From an uncultured Candidatus Rokubacteria bacterium (GTDB lineage: Bacteria; Methylomirabilota; Methylomirabilia; Rokubacteriales; CSP1-6): 64,000 nucleotides of DNA. The notes below the pieces were generated by a model. That model was not told where the DNA came from and made no database searches. It saw only the letters and a program-made list of their open reading frames with translations. The DNA lies in NCBI GenBank assembly GCA_963762145.1, contig CAVXJS010000022.1, positions 64,001 through 128,000 on the forward strand. Reading direction: 5' to 3'. A program made the position numbers and the translations under genes. The first letter of the stretch is position 1, and every line of letters starts with the position of its first letter. Of the stretch, positions 11,192 to 23,519 are shown piece after piece.

Positions 11192-12623
11192 CTAGCAGGC
11201 CGGACGGCGGAGCACGGCCGGGTCGATCCTCCGCGAGACCCACTGGCCATCGCTCGGGCTGCCGAGCAGACGGCCGCGCTCCGCGATGATCTTGCCGCGA
11301 AGCACGGTCATGACGGGCCAGCCGGAGACCGCCCAGCCCTCCCACGGGCTGTAGTCGGTCACGTGGAAGTCGTCGCGGGTCAGCGTCTTGCGGATCGTCG
11401 GATCGATCAGGACCAGGTCCGCGTCGCTGCCCGGGGCGATGACGCCCTTCTTCGGGTAGAGCCCGAGGATCCGCGCCGCGTTGGTGGCGGTGACGTCGGC
11501 GAAGCGCGTCAGCGACATGCCGCGCTTGACCACGCCCTCGGTGTAGCCGATGCCGATGCGCGCCTCCGCTCCGACGTTGCCGCCGGTCACGTCCTCGATG
11601 GTGCGGCCCTTGAGCTTGAGCTCGAGGCTCGTCGGGTACTCGTCGGTCGCGAGCGTGGAGAGCCCGTCGTGCACGAGCCCGTTCCAGAGCGCCTTCTGGT
11701 CCTCGGGGAACTTGAGCGACGGGTAGGTGTGCGAGCAGAACCCGCGCGGGGTCTTGTAGTACTCGGCGTTGAAGCACGCGTACTGGTGCAGCGTCTCGCC
11801 GTAGACGGGCAGGCCCTGCGACCGGGCCTCCGCGATGGACTCGACGCCCTCCTGCGCGGAGACGTGGACGAAGTACACGCCGGCCCCGGTCGCCTTGGCC
11901 AGCGCGGTCGTCCGCCGGAAGGCGAGCAGCTCCGAGAGCTTGGTGTGGACGAGATGGAGGTTGCTCCCCTCCATGCGCCCTTCCTCGCGGAAGCGCTCGT
12001 AGTTGAACTGGACCAGGTCCTCGTCCTCGCCGTGCACGACCATGATGCCGCCCGCCTTCGCGACCTTCTCCATCGCGAAGTGGATGCGCCCGAAGTCGAT
12101 GCGGTTGCCCGCGCGCTTGGGATGCGGCGGCAGCACGTTGGTGGTGAAGACCTTGAAGCTCGGGTACCCGGCCTGCACCGCCTCGCCGATCTGGTCGAAG
12201 ACGCGGATCGGCAGCGCCCCCGCGAGCGTGAGATGGAAGGCGTAGTCCACGTACGAGTTGCCCTTCCACCGGCTCGCCCGCTGCTCGATCACGCGGCTGA
12301 ATATCGAGGCCCGGCCGCACGTAGGCGAAATCGATGTGGGTGGTGGTGCCGCCGCACGCCATGCCCTTCGTGTCGTCCTCGGGGCCCAGGGTCATCGCGG
12401 GCTGCTCGGGATGCGACATGATGCCGTGGGCCAGGTGCGCGTGAGGCTCGACCCCGCCCGGCGAGACGATCTGCCCCGCCGCGTCGATGACGCGGGCGCC
12501 CTCGGTGGGCAGCGTGCCGGACGCGCCGATCACCGCGATCCGCTCCCCCTGCACGCCCACGTCCCACAGACCGACGCCCTGCGGCGTGATGACCTGCCCG
12601 TTGCGGATCACGAGATCGAGCAC
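11192..12623 (-). CDS. Cyclic amidohydrolase (dihydropyrimidinase/hydantoinase-like), frameshift near 12295
   Basis: PGGVEPHAH, GGTTTHIDF, SFKVF, VHGED, FVHVS, ATDE, KKGVIAPGSDADLV. Confidence 0.88.
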
Positions 12624-12670
12624 GGAAGGAGCCTAGCCCAGGTGACGCGCGGCCGTCAACGCTCGCGCGC

Positions 12671-14088
12671 TCACTGCAGCACCGGCCGGCGCCGGTGCCA
12701 CGCGGTCGCGCGCTCGTAGGCCTCGCCCAGCCGCAGCAGCGTCGCCTCCTCGAAGGGCCGCCCCACGAGCTGCATGGCGAGCGGGCGGCCGTCGGCCGTG
12801 GCCCCACACGGGACGGAGAGCGCGGGAACGCCGAGCCCGTTGAACGGCCGCGTGAGCCGCGAGAAGCGCCCCATGCGGGCGATCACGTCGGCCGACGCTC
12901 CCGCCTTCGCATCGGCGAGCGCGGGCGCAGGCTCCGGGATGGTAGGCGTGACCAGCACGTCGATCCGCGAGAAGACCGAGTCGAGGAACTCGCGCGTGAA
13001 GCGGGCGCGCAGCCGCTGGCCCTGCAGGTACTCGTAGGCGCTCACCATGAGCCCGGGGGCCAGCCGCTCACGCACCGCCGGCTGAAGCTCGCCGGGGCGC
13101 TCCTTGAGGAGCCGCGAGTGCACCGCGGCGCCCTCCGCGCGCACCATCGGGTTGCTGCACAGGCCGACGAGCGGCCCGGGGTCCGGCACCGTCACCGGCT
13201 CCACGACGGCACCCAGCGTCCGGAGCGCGCCCACCGCCTCCGCGAGCGCGTCCGACACCGCCGCGTCGAGATGCTCTTCGTAGAAGCCGCCGGCCACGCC
13301 CACGCGCAAACCCTTGACGCGGCCGTCGAGCGCGGCCAGGTAGTCCGGCACGGCCCGCCGGCTCGACGTGGCGTCGAGGGGATCGTGGCCCGCGATCAGA
13401 CCCAGCAGGAGGGCGGCGTCGCGGGTGGTGCGGGCGAGCGGGCCCACGTGATCGTACGACCACGAGAGCGGCATGACGCCCGCCCGGCTCACGCGGCCGT
13501 AGGTGGCCTTGAGCCCGACCACTCCGCAGCACGCCGCGGGCAGCCGGATCGAGCCGCCGGTATCGGTGCCGAGAGCGCCCGCGGCCAGCGCCGCGGCCAC
13601 CGCCGCCCCCGAGCCGCTGCTCGACCCGCCGGAAACGTGGCCGAGCCGCCACGGGTTCTGCACGTCTCCGTGATGCGCATTGTCGCCGAAGGGACCCAGC
13701 GCGAGCTCGGTCATGTTGAGCTTGCCGAGCGTGATCGCCCCCGCGGCCACCAGCCGCGCCACCGCGGTGCAGGGCGGCGCGCCCACGAAGTAGTCGGCGG
13801 TGCGGGTCCCGCAGGAGGTGGGCAGGCCCGGGATCAGGCAGAGATCCTTGTGGGCGAGCGGGACGCCGTGGAGCGGCCCGCGCCAGGCGCCGGCGGCGGC
13901 CTCGCGCTCGAGCGTCCGCGCGGCGGCCAGCGCGCCGTCGCCGTCCACCGTGATGAAGGCGCGCAGGGTGGCGTCGAGCTTCGCGATGCGGTCGAGGTAG
14001 GCGCGGGTCAGCTCGACCGGCGAGAGCCGCCCGCTCCGGATCGCGGCGGCCAGCTCGGTGATGGGGGAGAAGAGCAGGTCGTCCATGA

Positions 14089-14092
<4 letters not shown>
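12671..14092 (-). CDS. Amidase signature family protein (GatA/AtzE-like)
   Basis: GPLHGVPLAHKD, GGSSSGS, GTDTGGSIRLPA. Confidence 0.92.
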
Positions 14093-14795
<703 letters not shown>

Positions 14796-14799
<4 letters not shown>

Positions 14800-15531
14800 C
14801 GCCGCCCCTCCACCGCCCCCTCGCCCAGATAGGCCTCCACCACCCGCGGGTCGCGCGCCACCGCCGCGGGAGCGCCGTCGGCGATCTTCTCCCCGTGGTG
14901 CAGGACCACGAGGCGGTGGGACAGGGCCAGGATCGCGCGCATCACGTGCTCGATGATGAGGAGGCTCACCCCGCGCTCGTGGATGCGGCGGATCAGCCCG
15001 ATGATCGCCTCGATCTCGGTCGCGTTCAGCCCCGCCATCACCTCGTCCAGCAGCAGCAGGCGGGGCCCGGTGGCCAGCCCGCGCGCCACCTCCAGGCGCT
15101 TGCGGTCGGCGAGCGTGAGATTGCGGGCGGGCACGTCGCGCCGCGGCCCGAGCCCGACGAACTCCACGATCTCGGCGGCCTGCGCGCCGGGCCGCGGCGA
15201 CGTCACGCGACCGGTTGAAGGCGCCCACCATCACGTTCTCGAGGGTGGTCAGCCCGGCGAAGGGCTGCACGAGCTGGAACGTCCGCGCGAGGCCCAGGCG
15301 GCAGATCGCGTGGGGCTTGAGCCCGACCAGGGACGCGTCGTCGAAGGAGATGGCGCCGTCGGTCGGCGTGTGGAAGCCCGCGATGAGGTGGAACACGGTG
15401 GTCTTGCCGGCGCCGTTGGGTCCGATGAGCCCGACGATCTCGCCCGGCGCGACCGTGAGGTCGAACCGGTTGACGGCCTGCAGGCCGCCGAAGCGCTTGC
15501 TCAGCCCGCGGACCGCAAGTCCCGCGCTCAT
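14796..15531 (-). CDS. ABC ATP-binding protein (LivG-like), frameshift near 15190
   Basis: GPNGAGKTT, ARTFQ, LLLDEVMAG. Confidence 0.9.
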
Positions 15532-16481
15532 GCCGGACGTCCCGACGCGCGGCGGCTCCGGAGCCAGCCCATGAGCCCGTTCGGCAGGAACGAGATGACC
15601 AGGATCAGGATCAGCCCGTAGAGCATGATGTCGGCCCCCGCCCGGCCGCGCAGCACCGCGCGCGTGATCTCGGAGATCGGCGTGAGCACGAAGGAGCCCA
15701 GGAGCGGGCCGGCCACCGTCCCGGCCCCGCCCACGATGGCGGGCAGCAGCCCGCCGATGGAGATGGCCGGCCCGAAGGTCAGGCTCGGATCGATGTAGGC
15801 GAAGTACTGCGCGTAGAAGGTCCCGCCCAGCGCGGTGAGGAAGGACGACACCGCCATCGCGGAGAGCTTGGTGGCGAGCGCGTTCACCCCGGAGGCCTCC
15901 GCCGCGTCCTCGTTCTCGCGGATCGCGGCCAGCGCGTAGCCCATGCGCGAGCGCTCGATGGCCCGGCAGATCAGGAGCGCGCCCAGCACCATCACCAGGA
16001 TCACGTAGTAGTAGGGCAGCTTGCCCGCGAAGAGGAACTGCAGCGGGGCCGAGCCCCGGCTCGGCACCACGAGGCCGAGCGAGGAGCCGACCGCCTTCCA
16101 GTTCACCGCCACAACCCGAAGCATCTCGGCGAACGCCAGGGTCACCAGGGAGAAATACGGGCCCCGGAGCCCGTACCGGAACGAGAGATAGCCCGCGAAG
16201 AGGCCGAACGCGGCGGCGAGCGCTCCGCCCGCGATCATGCCGAGCCAGGGGGTGACGCCGAGCTGGAGGAAGAGCAGGGTCGAGGTGTAGGCCCCGATCC
16301 CGAAGAAGGCGGCGTGACCGAAGGAGAACTGCCCGCCATACCCTCCGAGGATGTTCCAGCACGCTCCCAGATAGCCGAAGAACAGGATGCTGATCAGCAC
16401 CTCGAGCCCGTACTTGGGCAGAAACGGCGGGACCGCCACCAGCAGGGCCAGCCCGAGCGTGATGGCGAGTCTAGCGACCAC
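15528..16481 (-). CDS. ABC permease (LivM-like)
   Basis: WNILGGYGGQFSFGH, LRGPYFSLVTLAF, IRENEDAA. Confidence 0.92.
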   Translation of the reverse strand: MVARLAITLGLALLVAVPPFLPKYGLEVLISILFFGYLGACWNILGGYGGQFSFGHAAFFGIGAYTSTLLFLQLGVTPWLGMIAGGALAAAFGLFAGYLSFRYGLRGPYFSLVTLAFAEMLRVVAVNWKAVGSSLGLVVPSRGSAPLQFLFAGKLPYYYVILVMVLGALLICRAIERSRMGYALAAIRENEDAAEASGVNALATKLSAMAVSSFLTALGGTFYAQYFAYIDPSLTFGPAISIGGLLPAIVGGAGTVAGPLLGSFVLTPISEITRAVLRGRAGADIMLYGLILILVISFLPNGLMGWLRSRRASGRPA

Positions 16482-17343
16482 GCCGTCCTCCGAACAACCC
16501 TTCCGGGCGCAGGAGCAGCACGATCACGAAGAGGCCGAACACCACGAGCTGCTTGAGCGAGCCGGGCAGGAAGGCGGCGCCCAGCGACTCGGCCAGCCCC
16601 ACGATGAAGCCGCCCAGGAGGGCGCCCAGGAAGTTCCCCATGCCACCCAGCACCACGACCACGAAGGCCATGATGTTGAAGCTCTCGCCCACGTCGGGCG
16701 CCACGTAGAAGAACGGCGTCACGAGCGCGCCCGCCACCGCCACGCACGCCGAGCCGATGCCGAAGGCCACCCCTCGGATGCGGGAGACGTCGATGCCGAC
16801 GAGCATCGCGCCCTCCGCTTCCTCGGAGAGCGCGCGGATGGCCTTGCCCGCGTCGGTCATGCGCAGGAAGGCCCACAGGGCGAGCGCGATCAGCACCGCC
16901 CCGACCGCCGCGATCAGCCGCGGCACCTCGACGAGCACGTCGGCCACCATGAACGACGCCCCCGAGTAAGCGACGCGCACGGTCCGGAAATCGCCCTGCC
17001 AGAGCACGAGGGCCAGGTTCTCGAAGAAGAGGGCCAGGCCCAGCGTGAGCAGGAGCTGGTTGTGCTCGGCCGCGGCGCGATTGGGCTCGATGACGATGCG
17101 CTGGATGAGGAAGCCGATGCCGAAGAAGAGCGGCCCGGTGACGAGGACCGAGAGGTACGGATCCACTCCCAGCAGCACGAAGAGCCAGTAGGAGGTATAC
17201 ATCCCGAGCATCATCACCGCGCCGTGGGCGAAGTTGATGATGCGCAGCACGCCGAAGACCAGCGAGAGCCCGCTCGCCACGAGCCCGTAGACGCCGCCGA
17301 GCAGCAGGCCGCTGACGACGGCCTGGAAGAAGAGCCAGGTCAC
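16471..17343 (-). CDS. ABC permease (LivH-like)
   Basis: GLSLVFGVLRIINFAHG; VVLGGMG; RPEGLFG. Confidence 0.92.
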   Translation of the reverse strand: MTWLFFQAVVSGLLLGGVYGLVASGLSLVFGVLRIINFAHGAVMMLGMYTSYWLFVLLGVDPYLSVLVTGPLFFGIGFLIQRIVIEPNRAAAEHNQLLLTLGLALFFENLALVLWQGDFRTVRVAYSGASFMVADVLVEVPRLIAAVGAVLIALALWAFLRMTDAGKAIRALSEEAEGAMLVGIDVSRIRGVAFGIGSACVAVAGALVTPFFYVAPDVGESFNIMAFVVVVLGGMGNFLGALLGGFIVGLAESLGAAFLPGSLKQLVVFGLFVIVLLLRPEGLFGGRRGR

Positions 17344-17353
17344 CTCGCGGGGA

Positions 17354-18595
17354 CTAGCCCTTCCACTTGGGGACCGGGAACACCGGCTTGGCCTCGACGA
17401 AGCGCGCGGGGCCCACCACCACCGGCTTGCCGCCCTGCACCTGCAGCAGCGCGGGGGTGGCGTTGACGTTCTCGCCTGCCTCGTCGAACTTGATCGCGTC
17501 CTGGGTCAGGATGTGGTCGGTGAGGTTGGTCTTGCTGATCGCGTCGCGGACCTTCTCGCGATCGGTCGAGCCCGCCCGCTCCAGCGCGTCCTTCAGCACG
17601 AACATGACCTGGTAGCCCTGCACGCCGTGGTTGGACATGACCGAGTTGAAGCGCTTCTGGTACGCCTCGAACACTGCGCGCGACCGCGGGCTCTGCGGGT
17701 TGTGCCAGTAGTTGCCGTCGAAGAGCTGCTCGGTGAGCTCTCGGTTCTCGGAGATGAACCGGGGATTGGAGTACGCCGCGTTGGCCAGGCCGACGAGGGC
17801 GTTGGCCCCGATGCGGAGCCTGGCCGCGGTCTCCGCGATGATCTTGGAGTCGCCGTAGTAGCCGCTGATCAGCAGCAGGTCGGGCCGCGTCGCCTTCACC
17901 TTGGACAGCTCGGCGGTGAAGTCGGGCGAGCGGAGGTTGTAGGGTACGCGCTGCACCAGCTCGTAGCCCATCTTGCCCGCGAAGGCCTCCACGTGGTTCC
18001 CCATGGTGGTGCCGAAGTTGCCGTCCTCGTGCATGATCGCGACGCGCTTGACCGGGGCGCCCGCGCTCTTGGCCATCTCGATCATGTTGCCCACCGTCAG
18101 GGTCGCCATCGCCCGCGCGTTGGGCTGCATCCGGAAGGAGTAGCGCAACCCGCCCTCGAGCACGTTGTCGGCCACCGTGGCCAGGAGCAGGAACGGAGTC
18201 TTGTTCTTCTCGGTGACCTGGCGGACCGAGAACGCGACGAGGCTCGAGAAGGGCCCGATGATCGCGGTGACACCCTGGTCGATCAGGCGCGCCGCCTCCG
18301 AGTTGCCCAGCTCGACCTTGTTCTGGGTATCGCCCGGGAGGAGGACGATCTGCGCCCCGCCGAGCGACTTGATGCCGCCCGCCCCGTTGATCTCGTCCAC
18401 CGCCTGCAGCAGCCCGTTGAGCGCGAGCTGCGCCTCGAACGCGAGCGGCCCCGTCACCGGGAGAATGTAGCCGACCTTCACCTCGCGGGATTGCGCGCGG
18501 AGGATCGCGGGCGCGACGAGGGTGGCGGCGCCCGCGGCACCGATGCTGGTGAGGAACCGGCGCCGGCCGATCCGCGTGGTGGTGTCGTTCGACAT
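17354..18595 (-). CDS. Tat-exported ABC substrate-binding protein (LivK family)
   Basis: GRRRFL twin-arginine signal; EINGAGGIKSLGG; GGAGG RBS. Confidence 0.9.
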   Translation of the reverse strand: MSNDTTTRIGRRRFLTSIGAAGAATLVAPAILRAQSREVKVGYILPVTGPLAFEAQLALNGLLQAVDEINGAGGIKSLGGAQIVLLPGDTQNKVELGNSEAARLIDQGVTAIIGPFSSLVAFSVRQVTEKNKTPFLLLATVADNVLEGGLRYSFRMQPNARAMATLTVGNMIEMAKSAGAPVKRVAIMHEDGNFGTTMGNHVEAFAGKMGYELVQRVPYNLRSPDFTAELSKVKATRPDLLLISGYYGDSKIIAETAARLRIGANALVGLANAAYSNPRFISENRELTEQLFDGNYWHNPQSPRSRAVFEAYQKRFNSVMSNHGVQGYQVMFVLKDALERAGSTDREKVRDAISKTNLTDHILTQDAIKFDEAGENVNATPALLQVQGGKPVVVGPARFVEAKPVFPVPKWKG

Positions 18596-19001
18596 CGTGT
18601 CCTCCGGAGGGATTTCGAGTGGGTGGATGGCGGCGAGCCTAGCATCCACCTCCTACCCTGTCAACGCGCACGCCCTCTTCCGAGCGCGTGGAAACCGCCA
18701 CGACAGAAGCACGAATCCCCGTTGCGGAATCGCTCCATCGCGAACGCGAGCCTCGTGCCTCGCGCGACGACGCGCGCGAGATCGCGCGCGCGAACGATTG
18801 ATGAGCCCGCGCCGAGCCGGCCATCGCGGCCGTCTTCGCGCGCGGTCCTCCACCCGCGCTCGCGGTGAAGGTGGCGGCCGGGAATCGGCATCCTCGGACG
18901 TACGCTTCACGGTCTTCGGGGAGGGCCGCCGCCCTGCGCCACGACCGGCGACGGCCTGGTGCGTCGTGACGCAGGACGGCCGGGCCAGGCCGGCTGCCCG
19001 T

Positions 19002-19089
19002 TCATCCACAGCTATCCACAGGGTTTCCCGCATCCCCAGCCTACCCACATCTTGGGGATAACCTGGCTCAGGACCCCTACTCCTGGGGG
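19002..19089. promoter_or_regulatory. Cluster of DnaA-box-like 9-mers and two NrdR-box-like palindromes
   Basis: TCATCCACA 19002, CTATCCACA 19012, CTACCCACA 19041, TGGGGATAA 19053; tacCCACATCTTGggg 19042 and cccCTACTCCTGGggg 19074, 32 bp apart. Confidence 0.5.
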
Positions 19090-19125
19090 GTGACGCAGTA
19101 CGGCCAGAAGCCGAAAAGGTACATG

Positions 19126-19154
19126 TTGACTGGGGTTTGCGCTTCGACTAGAGT
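19126..19154 (+). promoter_or_regulatory. Sigma70-type promoter of the DGQHR gene
   Basis: TTGACT-17 bp-TAGAGT about 50 bp upstream of the ATG, which has a GGAGG RBS. Confidence 0.65.
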
Positions 19155-19205
19155 ACCCCCTGTTCCCCCGCTACATAGACCATCCCCACGGAGGCGGATC
19201 GGTTC

Positions 19206-20336
19206 ATGATCACGGTTCCCGCGCACCGCGTGAAACAGTTCGGGGTGGAGTTCTTTCAGGCGTCCTTCTCGGCCAAGGACATCGACCGCCTCGTGAAGTT
19301 CGAGGTCCTGGGCTACAGCGGGGCCGAGGAGCCCCCGAAGGGGAAGCAGCGCGCGAACCGAGCGCGGGTGAACTGGGAAGCGCTCGAGAAGCGGATCGGC
19401 GAGAGCGAGACCGCCTACCAGCGCCCGGTCATCCGACGGAAGATCGACGAGCTCGTGGGCTACTATCGCGATTGCAAGGACGCGGGGACCCTGCCCGCGA
19501 TTCCCGGCGCGGTGATCATCACCTCGGAGAAGCGCTTCACCTTCACGCCGATGGCGAGCCAGCACGACCTCGGCCTGCTGCAGATCCCGGAGGAGCACGG
19601 CGTGCTCCGCGTGCTGGACGGCCAGCATCGCCTGCTCGCGCTGCACGCGCTGACCCAGGCGGGGGAGAACCTCGGCATCGAGGTACCCGCGGTGCTGTTC
19701 GACCGACTGGACGCGCGCCAGATCGTCGAGCTGTTCGTCACCATCAATGCCAAGCACACGCGCCTCAATCCCTCGCACATCGTGAGCCTCGCCGGGCGCA
19801 AGCTCTACCCGGATCCCAACCAGGCTCTCGCTCACGACGTGATCCGCTCGCTGAACGAGGACGAGACCTCCCCGCTCGCGGGCGACATCAAGATGCTCGG
19901 CACCGGCCGCGGGCGCGTCTCGCAGGCCCCGCTCGCCGAGGAGATCGTGGACTTCCTGGACGCGGTCGAGAAGATCGGGGGCGGCGCGCGCATGAACGAG
20001 GTGCGCCACCACGCCAAGCGCTTCTTCCTGAACTACATGAAGGCGGTCGCGGGCGTGTTCCCGACCGCGTGGGCCGGCCGCAAGTACTCGATCAAGACCG
20101 GCGCAGCCCTGCGCGCGTTCATCCGCGTGGCGCCCGACGTCATGGCCCGCGCCCGGGAGCTCAAGCGCGACGCCTTCGACTTCCACGCCATCCGCGAGGC
20201 GGTGAAGCCCTGGGGTGACCGCCTCAAGGACCGCCGCTTCGAGACCGAGGGCGAGTGGAAGAACAAGCTGCAGGGCGGGACGCGGGGGACGGTCGAGGCG
20301 CTGACGCGGGAGCTGCGGGAGGCGCTGCGGAACTAG
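19206..20336 (+). CDS. DGQHR domain protein (DndB/ParB-Srx superfamily)
   Basis: YQR, P.AVII, VLDGQHR, ELFVTIN motifs; strong codon bias. Confidence 0.9.
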   Translation: MITVPAHRVKQFGVEFFQASFSAKDIDRLVKFEVLGYSGAEEPPKGKQRANRARVNWEALEKRIGESETAYQRPVIRRKIDELVGYYRDCKDAGTLPAIPGAVIITSEKRFTFTPMASQHDLGLLQIPEEHGVLRVLDGQHRLLALHALTQAGENLGIEVPAVLFDRLDARQIVELFVTINAKHTRLNPSHIVSLAGRKLYPDPNQALAHDVIRSLNEDETSPLAGDIKMLGTGRGRVSQAPLAEEIVDFLDAVEKIGGGARMNEVRHHAKRFFLNYMKAVAGVFPTAWAGRKYSIKTGAALRAFIRVAPDVMARARELKRDAFDFHAIREAVKPWGDRLKDRRFETEGEWKNKLQGGTRGTVEALTRELREALRN

Positions 20337-20422
20337 TTCGCTCCTGCCCGCGGAGGGCTGTCAGCCGTTTCGGCGCTGGCGCAACGCTGGCGCTTCGAGC
20401 TACCGGAAGCTTCCTTATCTAA

Positions 20423-20449
20423 TGCGGGGGCCCAGAAATGGCCCCCGCA
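20423..20449. terminator. Hairpin between the convergent DGQHR and greA genes
   Basis: TGCGGGGGCC-cagaaat-GGCCCCCGCA 10-bp stem. Confidence 0.6.
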
Positions 20450-20473
20450 CTCCCCCAGTTGGCGGACAACCGT

Positions 20474-20959
20474 TTACTGCGGCGGCTCCAGCTTGAAGTT
20501 GGCCGCAAGGATATCGAAAGTCTTCTTGCCCGCCGGGAGCGTGGCGGTCACCGTGTCGCCGACCTTCTTGCCGATGATGGTGCGGGCGAGCGGGGACATG
20601 ATCGAGATCAGGCCGCGCTTGGGGTCCGCCTCGTCCGATCCCACGATCTGATAGATCGCCTCCTTGCCGTCCTCGTCCTCGAGCCGCACCGTGGAGCCGA
20701 AGGTGACCCGATCCCCGGAGGTCGGCGGATCGATCACCTCGGCGGTGCCGACCTTGGCCTCGAGATCCGAGATGCGCGCCTCGATGAAGCCCTGCCGCTC
20801 CCGCGCGGCATGATATTCCGCGTTCTCGCTGAGATCGCCGTGGGCCCGCGCTTCCGCGATGGCCCGCACGATGCTGGGGCGCTCCTTCTTGAGCCGCTCC
20901 ACTTCCTCCCGCAGGTGCTCGTAGCCCGGGCGCGTCATCGGCGTGCGCTGAACGCTCAT
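20474..20959 (-). CDS. greA: Transcription elongation factor GreA
   Basis: [16 protein letters not shown]; ISIMSPLAR. Confidence 0.97.
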   Translation of the reverse strand: MSVQRTPMTRPGYEHLREEVERLKKERPSIVRAIAEARAHGDLSENAEYHAARERQGFIEARISDLEAKVGTAEVIDPPTSGDRVTFGSTVRLEDEDGKEAIYQIVGSDEADPKRGLISIMSPLARTIIGKKVGDTVTATLPAGKKTFDILAANFKLEPPQ

Positions 20960-21510
20960 GACCCGATCACCTCATCGCTCCGCTTCACCTCGGCGAGGAA
21001 GCCGTTCAGGCTCCCCAGGTGCGTGCGGTGGACCTGATCGTGGGGGATGACCGCGCCGTCGGGCCCCTTGACGTCCATCGCCGCGGTGGCGTCGGATAGC
21101 AGGGTCACCTTGAAACCGCGATGCGCCGCTTCCCGGGTGGTGGTGTCGCAGCACATCTGGGTCATGAACCCGGAGACGATCACCCGCTCGATGCCGAGCT
21201 TCCGGAGCGCGGACTCGAGCGGCGTGTTCGTGAACGAGCCCGGGAGGTGCTTGGTGATCACCGGCTCGCCCGCCGCGGGGGACACCGCGTCGTGGATCGC
21301 GAGCGCCGGGCTGCCCGGCACGAAGGTGGCGGCGCCGGGCCGCTGGCTCTCGTGCACGATGTGGAAGACCGGCATCCGGCTCGCGCGCGCCCATCGCAGG
21401 GTCTCCGCGATGCGCGCCACCGCCTTCGGCCCGTCCGGCAGCACGACCTTGCCGATCGGGGCGAAGTACTCCCGCTGGGCATCGATGATGAGGAGCGCGG
21501 TCTTGTCCAT
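20956..21510 (-). CDS. Isochorismatase family cysteine hydrolase
   Basis: [24 protein letters not shown]; own ATG at 21510. Confidence 0.88.
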   Translation of the reverse strand: MDKTALLIIDAQREYFAPIGKVVLPDGPKAVARIAETLRWARASRMPVFHIVHESQRPGAATFVPGSPALAIHDAVSPAAGEPVITKHLPGSFTNTPLESALRKLGIERVIVSGFMTQMCCDTTTREAAHRGFKVTLLSDATAAMDVKGPDGAVIPHDQVHRTHLGSLNGFLAEVKRSDEVIGS

Positions 21511-21527
21511 CGCGGGGCCCTCGTCGT

Positions 21528-23448
21528 TCAGCGGGTGAGGGTGGCGGGCTGCCCGCCGACCTGAACCTTCGAATCCGCGAGCCGGCCCCGGATCCAGTTG
21601 TCCCACGCGAGCGCGCGCTTCTGCTCGAGCACCTGCTTTTCCAGCTCCGCGCGCTCCTTCTCGAGACCGTCGGGGGCGGCCGCCGTGCGCTCGAGCGTCT
21701 TGACCACGTAGACACCCCCGTCGGCGCGCACCGGCTCCGCGACCTGGCCCGCGGGCGTCTGCAGCGCGGCCACCAGCACGCCGCCGGGCAGGCTCCCCCG
21801 CTCCTTCGGTGGATCCGAGCGCGAGAACATCGGAATGCTCCCGGTGCTGAAGCCGTCGGCCTTGGCGGCCGCGCGCGAAATCACCGCCCTTGCCCAGGGC
21901 CGCCACCAGGGCCTTCGCCTTGTCGGTCACCTGCTGCTCGGCGCGCTCCCGCTTGATCGCTTCCACCACGCGATCCCGGATCTCCGCCACCGGCGGCACC
22001 CCGGCCGGGATCTGCTGCTCGATCTTGACGATCGCGATGCCGCCCGCGGTCTTGATCGGGGTGGAGACCCCGCCCACCGTGAGCCCGAAGAGGGTCTCGT
22101 CGAGCGCCGGATCGCGACCGGCCTCGCCGAGCGCGTCGCCGCGGCCGAAGGTGGCCTCGTGGGCGTCGAGGCCGAGCCGCTTGGCCTCGGCGCGGAAATC
22201 CTTGGCCGACAGCAGCGCGGCCCGCACCTCGTCGGCCCGCGTCTGCGCGGCCTGCTCGCTCTTCTGCGCGGTGAGCATCTCCTTGATCCTGGCCGCGACG
22301 TCCTTGAGCGGAGCCTGGCCCCCCTCCTTGATGTCGAGCACCCGGATCGCGTGATAGCCGAAGGGGGTGCGAACCGGAGCCGCCGAGATCTCACCCTTCT
22401 TGAGCGCGAAGGCGGCCTGCTCGAAGGGCGCCACCAGCTCCCCCGCCCCGACGAAGCCCAGGTCGCCGCCCTGGACCGCGCTGGCCTTGTCCTCGGAGAT
22501 CTCACGAGCGAGCTTGGCGAAGTCCTCGCCACCCTTCGCGCGCTTGATGACGTCCTCGACCTTCGCCTTCGCCGCGTTCTCCGCGTCGCTGCCTCCCACC
22601 GGGGGCACCCGCACGAGCACGTGGGACACCCGCAGGCGCTTCGGCTCGTCGAACTCGGCGGCGTGCTCCTTGTAGTAGGCTTCCACCTCCGCGTCCGACA
22701 CGGTGACCGCGGCCTTCTTGGGGCTCAGGATCACGTACAGCAGCTTCCGCCGCTCGGGCTGGCTGAACTGGGGCTGGTGCGCCTTCACGTAGGGCTCGAG
22801 GTCGGCGTCGGCCACCTGCACCGAGGCCATCACCGGCTTCACGTCCGCGTAGGCCCACGCCGCGCGCACTCGCTCGTGACGCTCCCGGTACGCGTGCTGG
22901 ACCTCCTCGTCGGATACCTTCACGCCCTGCTTGATCAGGCCTTCCATCTTGCGGCGCACGAGCTGCCGGCGAACCTCGTTCTCGAACTCGCCCGGATCGA
23001 GCCGAAGCTGCTTGAGCACCTTGATGTACTCGTCGCGCGAGAAGCGCCCGCCTTCCTGGAACTCCCGGATCTGCTGGATGGTGGTGCGCAGCTCGTCGTC
23101 GCTCACGAGCACGCCCTCCTTGACCGCGCCCTGGATCACCACCGCCTCGGTGACGAGCTCGTTGACCACCTGCTGCGAGACGCCGAGCCGCTCCGCGAGC
23201 TCGGGGGTGAGGCGCTGACGGGACATCCGCTCGTAGGCCGCGATGGTATTGGCCTGGGCGCGACGGAACCGCTCGAAGGGGATCTCCTCGCCGTTGACCA
23301 CCGCCACCGAGTTGCCGGGGACGCCGCTCGAGGGCCCACTGCCCCAGTAGAAGAGCACGCCCGAGGTCAGGATGAAGACCACGACGACGATCAGGAGCAC
23401 GATCTTCAAGCTCCTGGCATATTCGCGCATCATGCTGATCACTGCCAC
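21528..23448 (-). CDS. ppiD: PpiD/SurA-like periplasmic chaperone with a parvulin domain, frameshift near 21880
   Basis: N-terminal [37 protein letters not shown]. Confidence 0.85.
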
Positions 23449-23519
23449 GACCTCCTAGGAATTGGTGAACGCGGTCGAGGCCTTAGCCTACCACAGCCCG
23501 GGAGGCGCCCCGGCCGGCC

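Noticed and set aside
18596-19205. Chromosomal oriC
   Set aside because: DnaA-like boxes are present, but there is no AT-rich unwinding element, no dnaA/dnaN neighbour and no lasting switch in gene strand.
19206-20336. Dnd phosphorothioation or Dpd defence locus
   Set aside because: No dndACDE, pbe or dpd genes nearby.
20956-23448. Apparent 830-aa PpiD-isochorismatase fusion
   Set aside because: Caused by an indel near 21880. The PpiD tail is in 21528..21884 and the hydrolase has its own start.
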